Positions 11,126 to 20,243 of a DNA stretch of 64,000 nt are shown in pieces (within the stretch, counting starts at the first letter, position 1; each line of letters opens with the position of its first letter). A model generated the notes under the pieces. The model saw nothing but the letters and a program-made list of their open reading frames with translations. It had not been told where the DNA came from and ran no database searches. Origin of the DNA: Actinomycetota bacterium (GTDB lineage Bacteria > Actinomycetota > Acidimicrobiia > IMCC26256 > JACPCJ01); assembly GCA_016179865.1 (NCBI GenBank), contig JACPCJ010000102.1:1701-65700 (forward strand), read 5' to 3'. A program made the translations under genes and the position numbers.

Positions 11126-12406
11126 TCAGCTTGGTGACGACTCGGCGTCGAGTTTCTGACGGCTTTCTGTCATATGGCCCTCCGGGGCCGCACCGGGCTC
11201 GGCGGAACTCGTGGCCGGCTCCTCGGCACGGCGAGCCATGGTCGAGAGCCACAGCCAGCCGGCGGCGGCAGATACGAGCGAGCCGAGGAAGATCCCGACC
11301 TTGGCGTGCTCGAGGAACTCGGGGTGAGCGGGGAACGAAAGCTGAGCCACGAAGAGGGCCACGGTGAAGCCGATCCCGGCCAGCATCCCCATGCCGACGA
11401 CGTGGCGGGGCGTCATCCCGCTCGGGAGGCGCCCGATGCGGGCCCGGACGGCGATCATGGTCGTCGCCGTGACCCCGACGGTCTTTCCGACGAGCAGACC
11501 GGCCGCCACCCCCCAGGTGACGCGGCTGCGCAAGGCGGCGTCGAGGGCACCCCCGCCGAAGTCGACCCCGGCGTTGGCCAGGGCGAAGACCGGGATGACC
11601 AGGTAGCTCGACCACGGGTGGAGGCGGTGTTCGAGCTGGTGGACGATGCGCCGCCCCTTGACCGGCGCCACCGGCGTCATGAGACCGAGGACCACCCCGG
11701 CGATGGTGGCGTGAATGCCCGACTCGTACGTAGCGAGCCAGACCCACGCTCCCACGATGACGTACGGCCAGATGGCGCTGACGCCGACGCGGCGCATAGC
11801 CCAGATGCCGAGGATGCCGATGGCGGCCGAGGCCAGCCAGGGCCCGGAGATGCTGGTGCCGTAGAAGAGAGCGATCACCACGATGCCGCCGATGTCGTCG
11901 GCGATGGCCAGCGTGAGGAGGAAGACCTTGAGCCCGGCGGGGACCCGTCGACCCATCAGGATGACGACCCCGACAGCAAAGGCGATGTCGGTGGCCACCG
12001 GGATCCCGGCTCCTCGCAGCGAGGGCTCGCCGGCGTTCAGCGCCGTGTAGACAAGGGCCGGAACCACCATCCCGCCGAGGGCGGCCATGATCGGCAGCGC
12101 GGCCGTACGCCGGTCGCGCAGCTCGCCCTCGACGAGTTCTCGCTTGATCTCGAGGCCGGCGACGAAGAAGAAGATCGTCATGAGGGCGTCGTTGACCCAG
12201 GCCTCCACCGACTCCCGGATCGCCCAGTCGCCGAACCCGAGCGTCAGCTCGTGTTCGAGGACGTCGAAGAAGGTCTCCTTGGTCGGGAGGTTGGCGAGGG
12301 CGAGGGCCAGCGCCGTGGCCAGCAAGAGGACGGTGCCGCCGGCGGCCTCGGTCTGGAGGAACTCCTGGAGGGGCCCGACAACGCGGCGGTGGAGGCGCCG
12401 GATCAC
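11126..12406 (-). CDS. nhaA: Na+/H+ antiporter NhaA
   Basis: 426 aa. FFFVAGLEIKRELVEGEL and the overall NhaA-like TM pattern. Confidence 0.9.
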   Translation of the reverse strand: MIRRLHRRVVGPLQEFLQTEAAGGTVLLLATALALALANLPTKETFFDVLEHELTLGFGDWAIRESVEAWVNDALMTIFFFVAGLEIKRELVEGELRDRRTAALPIMAALGGMVVPALVYTALNAGEPSLRGAGIPVATDIAFAVGVVILMGRRVPAGLKVFLLTLAIADDIGGIVVIALFYGTSISGPWLASAAIGILGIWAMRRVGVSAIWPYVIVGAWVWLATYESGIHATIAGVVLGLMTPVAPVKGRRIVHQLEHRLHPWSSYLVIPVFALANAGVDFGGGALDAALRSRVTWGVAAGLLVGKTVGVTATTMIAVRARIGRLPSGMTPRHVVGMGMLAGIGFTVALFVAQLSFPAHPEFLEHAKVGIFLGSLVSAAAGWLWLSTMARRAEEPATSSAEPGAAPEGHMTESRQKLDAESSPS

Positions 12407-12924
12407 GACCCGATGATGTCAGGCGCCGACCGGAGCAGGTAGCCGCGCGAGCGCACGGTCCGGATTTCGAGCCCGAGCGGCTCGATCCGCCGCCGCAGGC
12501 GCAGCATGTGGACGTCGAGGGCATTGCGAGAGGGAAGCTCGTCCCAGGCCCCGCGCATGAGGACGTCTCGGCCCACCACCGACCCGAACCGATCGCTGAG
12601 CAGCAAAGCCAACCGCTCCTCGACCGGCGACAGCGTCACCAAGGCGCCGTTGAACATGAGCACGCCGTCGACCACGCGGGGCGCGCTGCCTTCCGACGCT
12701 CGTGTCTCGAGGGTCCGCACGCGCGCCTTGACGTCGGCCTCAGGGGCGGGAACCCGCAGCCAGTCCTCGAGGGGGTCGGCGACGTCGGGTGGGTCCACCG
12801 ACCGCTCGACGAGCAGGAGCCGGGGAGCACCGACACGGCGCAGTGCTTCCAGGCGCTCCGCCTCCGCTGGCCAGCGAATGAGCGCGACCTCCTGCACGGC
12901 ACCCGTTGTAGGAGATGTGGCCAT
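12403..12924 (-). CDS. Winged-helix (OmpR/PhoB-type C-terminal domain) transcriptional regulator with a short non-receiver N-terminus
   Basis: ATG at 12924 (MATSPTTG...). C-terminus ...LSPVEERLALLLSDRFGSVVGRDVLM...LDVHMLRLRRRIEPLGLEIRTVRSRGYLL. 4-nt overlap with the nhaA start. The upstream part of the 352-aa ORF was rejected. Confidence 0.7.
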   Translation of the reverse strand: MATSPTTGAVQEVALIRWPAEAERLEALRRVGAPRLLLVERSVDPPDVADPLEDWLRVPAPEADVKARVRTLETRASEGSAPRVVDGVLMFNGALVTLSPVEERLALLLSDRFGSVVGRDVLMRGAWDELPSRNALDVHMLRLRRRIEPLGLEIRTVRSRGYLLRSAPDIIGS

Positions 12925-13041
12925 CCTGGCGATGGTACGGACCGTCTGTTGCAGCCGTGTTTCGCGTCCATGAACCGATGCATACCTGCCTGGTTGCCGT
13001 TCCGGGGAAGGGGTCAGGGGGAAGGGATAGGCTCCCCGGCC

Positions 13042-13464
13042 ATGACGCAACGGGATTATCTCGACCACCTCGCGGAGGTTCCGCTCTTCGCCGCCTGCGC
13101 CCGCAACGACCTCAAGCTCATTGCCCGGCGGGCGGAGAACGTTCACGTGTCGAAGGGCAAGGAGCTCGTCACCGAGGGCAAGCCCGGCCACGAGTTCTTC
13201 GTCATCGCCAGCGGGCAGGCCGGCGTGAAGCGGAAGGGCAAGAAGATCGCCACCCTCAAGAAGGGCGACTACTTCGGTGAGTTGGCGCTCCTCGATCGTG
13301 CCCCTCGCAACGCCACCGTCGTGGCCGAGACCGAGATGGAACTCTTCATCCTCGGACAACGCGAGTTCTCTGGGGTCCTCGACGAGGTCCCGGGCCTCGG
13401 CCACAAGCTGCTGGCGGGAATGGCCCGGCGCCTGCGCGAGCACGACGCCAAGTCGGTGCACTGA
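13042..13464 (+). CDS. Stand-alone cyclic-nucleotide-binding domain protein
   Basis: 140 aa. GDYFGELALLDRAPRNATVVA phosphate-binding cassette. No HTH or other output domain. Confidence 0.85.
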   Translation: MTQRDYLDHLAEVPLFAACARNDLKLIARRAENVHVSKGKELVTEGKPGHEFFVIASGQAGVKRKGKKIATLKKGDYFGELALLDRAPRNATVVAETEMELFILGQREFSGVLDEVPGLGHKLLAGMARRLREHDAKSVH

Positions 13465-13467
13465 GCC

Positions 13468-13896
13468 ATGGCGATGAAGAAGCAGGCCTACCTAGAGCGC
13501 CTGGCCCGCGTCCCGCTGTTCCGTTCCCTCACCAAGGGCGACCTCCAGCGCATCGCCCGCCTCGCCACACCTCACCGTGCCTACGCCGGCGAGGTGCTCA
13601 CCAAGGAGGGCCGCGCCGGCTTCGAGTTCTTCGTGATCGGCGACGGGAAGGCGACGGTGCGCCGGAAGGGACGCAAAGTCGGAGCGCTCAAGAAGGGCGA
13701 CTACTTCGGGGAGCTAGCCCTGCTCGAGCGGGTCCCCCGCAACGCAACCATCACCGCCGACACCGACATGGAACTGTGGGTGCTCGACGGGCGTGAGTTC
13801 GGCGCCGTGCTGCGAGAGGTGCCCGAGATCGCCGTCAAGCTCCTGGCCGGCATGGCGCACCGGCTCTCGAAGGCCGACGCCAAATCGCTGCACTGA
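13468..13896 (+). CDS. Stand-alone cyclic-nucleotide-binding domain protein (paralogue)
   Basis: 142 aa. GDYFGELALLERVPRNATITA. Starts 3 nt after the previous stop. Confidence 0.85.
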   Translation: MAMKKQAYLERLARVPLFRSLTKGDLQRIARLATPHRAYAGEVLTKEGRAGFEFFVIGDGKATVRRKGRKVGALKKGDYFGELALLERVPRNATITADTDMELWVLDGREFGAVLREVPEIAVKLLAGMAHRLSKADAKSLH

Positions 13897-13919
13897 GCGC
13901 AGCCCGCAAGCTCGCCTTC

Positions 13920-15875
13920 GTGCTGGCGGCCGAGGCCGCCCTGGTTTCCACGCTCGCCGCGTGCTCCTCTGGCGGCGGTGAGCCGTCGGCCACAACCGCC
14001 ACGACGGCGCCGCCGCCGACGTTCCTTGACGCCGTCGCCGACCGACTCAATGAGGACGGCACCGCCCCGTTCGCCTTGGCCCTGGACGTGTTCACGGCCG
14101 TGTTCGGCGATCTTCCCGAGCACCCGGCGCCGAAGTTCCCCCTGGACGGGCTCGTCGACGGAACCATGGCGGTCTCGATGCTGCGCGCACACTGGGACGA
14201 ACTCAGCACCGTGCAGCAGTCGGCGGCCGAAAAGCTGATCTACCCGCCGAACGGCGACTCCCACGAGGGAGCAGTCGTCGCCTACGACCCGAAGGGCGCG
14301 GGAGCCGGTGGCGGGGGTTCGGCGGCGCCCGGGCTGGCCCGGGCGGTCCACGCTGACCGCACGGATGACCTGCTCGCCCAGGTGCGGGCACTCGTTCTCG
14401 AATTCGTCGCCCAGATCGCGAACCCCGCCCACCTCGCCCGGCCCCTCCCGTGGCCCGTCTCGGTGCGGGCTCTTCCCCCCGGCTCGGAGCCGCCGTCCGT
14501 CGGATTCGTCACCACCCCCCTGGCCCCGCCCGGTGGGTCGATCGACGAGTGCCTGATCCAGCTCAACCCGGATCATCCAACCAACGACACCGTGCTCCGC
14601 GCCGAGGTGGCCCACGAGGTGTTTCACTGCTTCCAGCACACCCTCCACGCGGACGATCCGTTCGGCGGCGACCGCCTCCCGTTCTGGCTCAGGGAGGGTT
14701 CGGCGGCGTGGGTGGGCGAGGCGATCGGCGGGGGAACGGCCATCTCACAGCAATGGTGGCAGGCGTGGCTGACCCGTCCTGACCGCCCGCTGTTCGCCCG
14801 CACCTACGACGCCATCGGCTTCTACGCCCTCCTCAACGCCTCCGGGGTTGATCCGTGGCGCAAGTTCGACGAGATGCTCACCAATGGCGCGAGCGCGTTC
14901 GACCGGGCCGTCGACGGTGTGCGCGACCAGGTGCTCGACCGATGGGGCACCAGCCTCGCCCGTCACCCCGAATGGGGAGCACAGTGGGAAACCCGCGGTC
15001 CTGGGGTCACCACGCACCGGTACGAACCGACGCGGGTGAGCGTGCTCGCCAATCGAGGCCCGCGGAGCCAGCCGCGCATGCCACCTGGCGAGCGCACCGC
15101 CGAGGTCGCACAGGTCTCCGTCACCGGCGACGTGCTCGTGGTCACCGTGCCCGCCATCCACGGAGCGCTCCGCTTCGGCGACGGGACCGCCCTCGCCTTC
15201 AGCGGGACGGCTCGGAGCGTGAGCTATTGCCTTCGAGACGGGGGGTGCGCCTGTCCGGGTGGAGGGGCTCCTCCCGGAGGCGCCCTGACCACCGTGGCGA
15301 GCCACAACCTGCTCGTCGCCGTCGCCGACACTTCGGCGAGTCAAGTGACCTTCGAGGCGAAGACCCTGGACCGAGCCTGCGAGCCAACGGCACCAGCCGC
15401 TGGCGGCGGGGACGCGTGCCTCGTGGGTCGCTGGAGCAGCACCACCTGGACGGTGCCGCCCGTCGTCGGGTCGATCTCCGGCGGGACGGGCATCGTCCTT
15501 CAGTTCGCGGGAGATGGAACCGCCGAGGTCGACTTCGGCGGCATGGCCCCGGCCGTCATCAGAAACGACTCCGCCGGGATTGCCGTCGTGAGCACGTTCT
15601 CGTACGCGGGCGCCGACACCGCTCGCTGGACCGCCGGCAGCGCCGCCCTGAGCCTCACCTACGACCACCCGGACCGACCGACGATCACCCTGAACATCGA
15701 GCCTGGCGGCCCCGTCTACACCAACGAGCCGTTCTCGGCCGTCGCCGGTGATGGGGCGGGTGGGGTGGGACCCCTGACCGGCGGGCAGTACGAGTGTTCG
15801 GCGCGCGAGTTCACACTTCGAATGAGCGCCGGGGCGGACGTGGGTGATCTGACCATCACGTTTTCCAAACGCTGA
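13920..15875 (+). CDS. Putative lipoprotein with HExxH zinc-metallopeptidase motif
   Basis: STLAAC lipobox-like sequence and AEVAHEVFHCFQH. Start uncertain: the GTG at 13920 gives no charged n-region, and the in-frame upstream codons encode ...SAARKLAF. Confidence 0.6.
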   Translation: MLAAEAALVSTLAACSSGGGEPSATTATTAPPPTFLDAVADRLNEDGTAPFALALDVFTAVFGDLPEHPAPKFPLDGLVDGTMAVSMLRAHWDELSTVQQSAAEKLIYPPNGDSHEGAVVAYDPKGAGAGGGGSAAPGLARAVHADRTDDLLAQVRALVLEFVAQIANPAHLARPLPWPVSVRALPPGSEPPSVGFVTTPLAPPGGSIDECLIQLNPDHPTNDTVLRAEVAHEVFHCFQHTLHADDPFGGDRLPFWLREGSAAWVGEAIGGGTAISQQWWQAWLTRPDRPLFARTYDAIGFYALLNASGVDPWRKFDEMLTNGASAFDRAVDGVRDQVLDRWGTSLARHPEWGAQWETRGPGVTTHRYEPTRVSVLANRGPRSQPRMPPGERTAEVAQVSVTGDVLVVTVPAIHGALRFGDGTALAFSGTARSVSYCLRDGGCACPGGGAPPGGALTTVASHNLLVAVADTSASQVTFEAKTLDRACEPTAPAAGGGDACLVGRWSSTTWTVPPVVGSISGGTGIVLQFAGDGTAEVDFGGMAPAVIRNDSAGIAVVSTFSYAGADTARWTAGSAALSLTYDHPDRPTITLNIEPGGPVYTNEPFSAVAGDGAGGVGPLTGGQYECSAREFTLRMSAGADVGDLTITFSKR

Positions 15876-15938
15876 GGCCCGGGCGGGGCGCCATCAGGGT
15901 CGGAGGTGGGCGCGGACCCTCGCGCTAGATTCCCGCCG

Positions 15939-18179
15939 ATGCCCCGGCCTCCGAAGCTGAAGCCGCACCAGGTAGCCCTTGGCGTTGGGATCGTCACCGG
16001 CCTCGCCGTGCTGCTGGTGGGCGGCGGGCTCCCGCAACTGACCGAGTGGCACGACGAGTCGGAGCTGCGGCGCCAGACCTTCGGCAACGTGCCGTCGGCT
16101 CTGAAGGCGCTCTTTTACGTCACGCTCCCGGCGGTCTTCATCGTGGTCGGGTGGCTGGTCTCCAACCGGGTGCGCAATTACGAGCGCGGTCGGCCCGACA
16201 ACCGCCGCACCACCCGCGCCAACGTGCACCGGCGGATGCGCGACTTCCGGCGTGGCGTCTGGATGCAGACGCTGCTCCGCGATCCGGCGGCGGGCGTCAT
16301 GCACTCGATGATCTACTTCGGCTTCATCGTGCTCTTCATCGCCACGCTGGTGCTCGAGGTCGACCACCAAGTGCCGGAGAGCTTCAAGTTCCTCCACGGC
16401 GGTGTGTACCAGGCCTACTCGGCCACCGCCGACGCCTTCGGCGTGATCTTCGTGGCCGGGATCGTATGGGCCATCGCCCGCCGCTACATCCAGCGCCCCT
16501 ACCGCATCCGGATCAAGACCAAGCCCGAAGACGCCGTCATCCTCGGCACCTTCCTCCTCATCGGCCTCTCCGGGTTCGCCCTCGAGGGCCTGCGCATCGC
16601 CTTCGCCGGGTCGCCCGACTTCGAGCGGTGGTCGTTCGTCGCCTTCCCGATCGCCGGCTGGTTCGACGGCGCCAGCGCGTCGGCGCTGCAAGACGCCCAT
16701 CGGTGGCTGTGGGTGTTCCATTTCGCCGGCTTCGCCATGTTCCTGCTGCTGCTGCCGACGACGAAGCTGCGGCACATGATCACGTCGCCCATGAACATGT
16801 ACCTGCGCGATCGGGAACGGCCCAAGGGGGCAATGAAGCCGCTGCCGAATCTCATGGAGACGGAGCTGGAGAGCTTCGGCGCCGCCACCATCGAGGACTT
16901 CACCTGGAAGCAGCTCTTCGACACTGACGCCTGCACCATCTGCGGCCGGTGCACCTCGGTGTGCCCGGCCCACGCCACCGGGAAGCCCCTTGACCCCCGC
17001 GAGATCGTGCTCAAGGTCGGCGAGGTGATGACGGCCACGGGCGATCCGGTCGTTTCGCCGCCCGTCGGCGTGGACCGGGAGATCAGCGTCCCGGCCGGCT
17101 CCCTCTTCGAGCGCATCACCGCCGAAGAGCTCTGGGCATGCACGTCGTGCAAGGCCTGCGACGAGATCTGCCCCGTCAACATCGAGATCCTCGACAAGAT
17201 CCTCGACATGCGGCGCTACCTGTCGCTCATGGAGTCGAACTTCCCTACCGAGCTGGGCAACGCCTACCGGTCCATGGAGAACTCGTCGAACCCGTGGGGG
17301 ATGAACCAGGGCGAGCGGGCCGACTGGGCGGCCGCCCTGCCCGAGGAGGTGCCGGTCATCGACCCGAGCGTGCCGATCGAGCACGAGTACCTGTACTGGG
17401 TCGGCTGCGCCGGGAGCTTCGACGACCGGGCCAAGAAGACGAGCGTGACCATCGCCAAGCTGCTTCAGCGGGCCGAGATCGATTTCGCCATCCTCGGGCC
17501 TTCGGAGCTGTGCACGGGCGACCCGGCCCGCCGCTCGGGCAACGAGTACCTGTTCCAGATGCTCGCCATGCAGAACATCGAGGCGCTCAACGGCATGGGG
17601 GTGAAAAGGGTCATCACCCAGTGCCCGCACTGCTTCAACACCCTGAAGAACGAGTACCCGCAGTACGGGGGCGACTACGAGGTCGTCCACCACAGCCAGT
17701 TCCTCACCGAGCTGGTGGAGGAAGGGAAGCTCGACATCCGGGGGGCCTCGCTCCCCGAGCGCATCACCTACCACGACTCGTGCTACCTGGGCCGCCACAA
17801 CGACGTCTACATGGCGCCGAGGAAGGTGATCGGCCAGCTCGCCGGGGTCGAGGTCGTGGAGATGCCTCGCAGCGGCACCCGAGGCATGTGCTGCGGGGCC
17901 GGTGGGGCCCGCATGTTCATGGAGGAGCACACCGGCAAGAAGGTCAACGTGGAGCGCACCGAGGAGGCGCTGGCCACCGGCGCCACCCGCATCGCCGTCG
18001 CCTGCCCGTTCTGCCACATCATGCTGGACGACGGCGTAAAGGAGAAGGGCAAGGACGAAGAGGTCCGCGTCACCGACGTGGCCGAGGTCCTGCTCGAAGC
18101 CCTGGAACGGCGCGACCGGGAGGCTTCGGAGACCGCCGTCCGCTCCGCGATCGACGCCCGCCCCAGTCCTCGTTCTTGA
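15939..18179 (+). CDS. Membrane-anchored (Fe-S)-binding oxidoreductase (heterodisulfide-reductase-like, CCG domains)
   Basis: N-terminal TM helices, CTICGRCTSVCP and CTSCKACDEICP ferredoxin motifs, two CCG-type Cys clusters (CPHCFNTL, CCGAGG, CPFCHIML). The start could instead be the GTG at 15906. Confidence 0.85.
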   Translation: MPRPPKLKPHQVALGVGIVTGLAVLLVGGGLPQLTEWHDESELRRQTFGNVPSALKALFYVTLPAVFIVVGWLVSNRVRNYERGRPDNRRTTRANVHRRMRDFRRGVWMQTLLRDPAAGVMHSMIYFGFIVLFIATLVLEVDHQVPESFKFLHGGVYQAYSATADAFGVIFVAGIVWAIARRYIQRPYRIRIKTKPEDAVILGTFLLIGLSGFALEGLRIAFAGSPDFERWSFVAFPIAGWFDGASASALQDAHRWLWVFHFAGFAMFLLLLPTTKLRHMITSPMNMYLRDRERPKGAMKPLPNLMETELESFGAATIEDFTWKQLFDTDACTICGRCTSVCPAHATGKPLDPREIVLKVGEVMTATGDPVVSPPVGVDREISVPAGSLFERITAEELWACTSCKACDEICPVNIEILDKILDMRRYLSLMESNFPTELGNAYRSMENSSNPWGMNQGERADWAAALPEEVPVIDPSVPIEHEYLYWVGCAGSFDDRAKKTSVTIAKLLQRAEIDFAILGPSELCTGDPARRSGNEYLFQMLAMQNIEALNGMGVKRVITQCPHCFNTLKNEYPQYGGDYEVVHHSQFLTELVEEGKLDIRGASLPERITYHDSCYLGRHNDVYMAPRKVIGQLAGVEVVEMPRSGTRGMCCGAGGARMFMEEHTGKKVNVERTEEALATGATRIAVACPFCHIMLDDGVKEKGKDEEVRVTDVAEVLLEALERRDREASETAVRSAIDARPSPRS

Positions 18180-18220
18180 CGGTGGATCCCGCGCTCAGGG
18201 CGGGATCCACCGTCAAGAAC
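18172..18220. terminator. Perfect 21-bp-arm palindrome containing the stop codons of both convergent genes
   Basis: gttcttgacggtggatcccgc-gctcagg-gcgggatccaccgtcaagaac. The TGA at 18177-18179 (+) and the TGA complement at 18213-18215 (-) sit at mirror positions. Confidence 0.6.
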
Positions 18221-18962
18221 TTGGGGGTTCGGCGCCGAGGAGGATGCGGCAGGCGTTGGTGAGGCCCTCGACCTGGACGGGCTCGTACGTGGCGTAGTGG
18301 CCGTTCGAGCGGAGCTGCTCGAACTGCTCGAGGGTCAGGCGCCAGCGGATGGAGTCGAGGGGCTCGCCGCGGGGCGCCCAACGCCCGTGGCCGTCCTCCT
18401 CGTAGCCCAGCGCCTGCGAGACGCGCATCGACGACTCGTTGCCGACGAGCGACTCCGAGGTCGCCAGGTCGGCCCCGAGGTGGTCGAAGGCCAGGACCAG
18501 GATGGCGAAACGCATCTCCTTGCCGATGCCCTGCCCCTGCCGGTCCTGGCGCAGCCAGGAGCCGGACCAGACCGCTCGACGGGTGGGGAAGTCGTCGGCA
18601 CGGAGGTCCTGGACCCCGATCGTCTCGCCGTCGACGCTCACCATGAACGGCAGGCTCCACTTGGTCGGCGAGAACTCGGCCTTGACCCGCCAGTAGTGCC
18701 GGTGGAACTCCCGCTCGAATTCCGGAGATTCGGCGTCGGTCCAGGGCACGCCGAAGGGCATGAAGCCGGGGTCATGGATGCCCGAGTGGGCCGCGCCGAT
18801 GAGCACCGGGAGGTCGTCTTCCCGGTGCACACGCAGCTCCAGCCGGGGTGTCGTGATGGTGAGGCCGAACAGGGGCCACTTGAGTTCCGGCATGCGTGGA
18901 TGGTGGGGGAAGAGGCACCCCGGGGACAACTGATTTCGAGGAATTGAGTACCGGTTGCTCAT
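18213..18962 (-). CDS. GNAT family N-acetyltransferase (RimJ/RimL-like)
   Basis: LTITTPRLELRVHREDD... and RQGQGIGKEMRFAILVLAFDHLG. Start ambiguous among 19022, 18962 and 18893. Confidence 0.75.
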   Translation of the reverse strand: MSNRYSIPRNQLSPGCLFPHHPRMPELKWPLFGLTITTPRLELRVHREDDLPVLIGAAHSGIHDPGFMPFGVPWTDAESPEFEREFHRHYWRVKAEFSPTKWSLPFMVSVDGETIGVQDLRADDFPTRRAVWSGSWLRQDRQGQGIGKEMRFAILVLAFDHLGADLATSESLVGNESSMRVSQALGYEEDGHGRWAPRGEPLDSIRWRLTLEQFEQLRSNGHYATYEPVQVEGLTNACRILLGAEPPSS

Positions 18963-19042
18963 GCGCACCCGGCCCTGCTCGTAGTCCCATGGAGGCCGTA
19001 CGAATCGGCGCGCAACGCGCATAAAACGGACAGGAGAAACCC

Positions 19043-19402
19043 GTGGGCTTCCTGAAGGACTTCAAGAGCACGGTGAACAACGCCAAGGAAATGCAGGCCG
19101 TCGGCATGCAGATGCAGCAGCAGTACCAAGAGGACATGCAGCGGGCGGCCGAGGCCGACCCCAACGACCCCGACTTCCAGCCCATCGAGGGCGTCACGCT
19201 CGACCAGTACGCCACCATCCAGGCCCACCTGATCAAGAACGCCGTCGTCGGGCCGGAGAACGTCAACGCCTACGCCGAGTCCCAGGGCGTGCCCGCCGGC
19301 CAGTGGGACCAGATCGCAGCGCTGTGGACGGCTCGGATGTCCCAGAGCGGCGCGGTCCGCAACCGCTACGGCGCCGTCTACCAGTCCGCCATCGCGAGCT
19401 GA
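19043..19402 (+). CDS. Hypothetical protein (119 aa, Gln/Met-rich N-terminus)
   Basis: The ORF has coding-like composition and a GTG start. No recognisable domain. Confidence 0.5.
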   Translation: MGFLKDFKSTVNNAKEMQAVGMQMQQQYQEDMQRAAEADPNDPDFQPIEGVTLDQYATIQAHLIKNAVVGPENVNAYAESQGVPAGQWDQIAALWTARMSQSGAVRNRYGAVYQSAIAS

Positions 19403-19412
19403 GGGGCACGCG

Positions 19413-19949
19413 GTGGGCAAACTCTGGCGTCCGCTGGGAATCATCTCGTTGGCGGGTGGTGCCGTCGCTCTCGTAGCCGGGGTCGTCGGTCCCCTCGGAG
19501 GGACTGGGGTGATCCTCGGGGTCGTCTTCCTCGGCATGGGTGCGCTGTACCTGTGGCTCGGCACCTTCATGAGTGACATCAAGAGTCCGGGATTCCGCGG
19601 CGGCTTTCGGCAGATGGCCGCCGGCACGCAGCAGGCGCTCCAGACCATGAAGACGATGGCTCCGGACAACACCAACCGGCTCCGTCAATTCGGCCGGCCC
19701 GCCATCGCCACGGTTGTGGCTGTCAACACCACTGGGATGGAGATCAACTTCACCCAGATGGCGAGCGTCGACCTGCTGGTCACACTTGACGGCCACTCGC
19801 CCTACCCAGTCAGCATCACGATGCCCCTTCACAACGTCGCCGGCCTCGGCATCGTGAAGGGTGGAGCCCTGAAGGTGCTCGTGGACCCCGACGATCAGAT
19901 GAGCGTGCTGATTGAGGGCCCGGCGCCCGTCAGCTCTGGGGGAAGTTGA
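19413..19949 (+). CDS. Hypothetical membrane protein (2 TM plus a C-terminal beta-rich domain)
   Basis: Starts 10 nt after the previous gene. Two N-terminal hydrophobic helices. Confidence 0.55.
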   Translation: MGKLWRPLGIISLAGGAVALVAGVVGPLGGTGVILGVVFLGMGALYLWLGTFMSDIKSPGFRGGFRQMAAGTQQALQTMKTMAPDNTNRLRQFGRPAIATVVAVNTTGMEINFTQMASVDLLVTLDGHSPYPVSITMPLHNVAGLGIVKGGALKVLVDPDDQMSVLIEGPAPVSSGGS

Positions 19950-19964
19950 GGTAGTAGTGCCGCC

Positions 19965-20011
19965 GCTTCCTGTCACGAAACGCTGTGTCGCAGCATCTCG
20001 TGGCAGGAAGC
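19965..20011. terminator. 14-bp stem hairpin (one G-U pair) between convergent genes
   Basis: gcttcctgtcacga-19 nt-tcgtggcaggaagc. Confidence 0.45.
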
Positions 20012-20042
20012 AGGGCGGGCGGGGACGCGGGGACGCGGGACT

Positions 20043-20243
20043 TCAGCGCGGTGGCCTCGGCGGCTCGTCTGTGGGCGGGAGGATGGCCCAGGTGTACACC
20101 GATCGCCTCGGGTCGAAGCTGCCTTCGTACCAGACGTCATCCTTCGCGTTGTGGTGCAACTTCCCGAGATCGCCTTCACCACGGCAGGCCTCTGGATCAG
20201 GTTCACCGTCAGACACTGAAACGCTTGGGCCGCCGCCGGTCAT
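20043..20243 (-). CDS. Small hypothetical protein (66 aa) coupled to the DCD-family gene
   Basis: Its ATG overlaps the upstream TGA (ATGA at 20240-20243). No homology recognised. Confidence 0.4.
   Translation of the reverse strand: MTGGGPSVSVSDGEPDPEACRGEGDLGKLHHNAKDDVWYEGSFDPRRSVYTWAILPPTDEPPRPPR

Noticed and set aside
12925-13461. Upstream two-thirds of the 352-aa minus-strand ORF 12403-13461.
   Set aside because: It runs antisense to the cNMP-binding gene and the intergenic region. Only the part from the ATG at 12924 shows regulator-like sequence.
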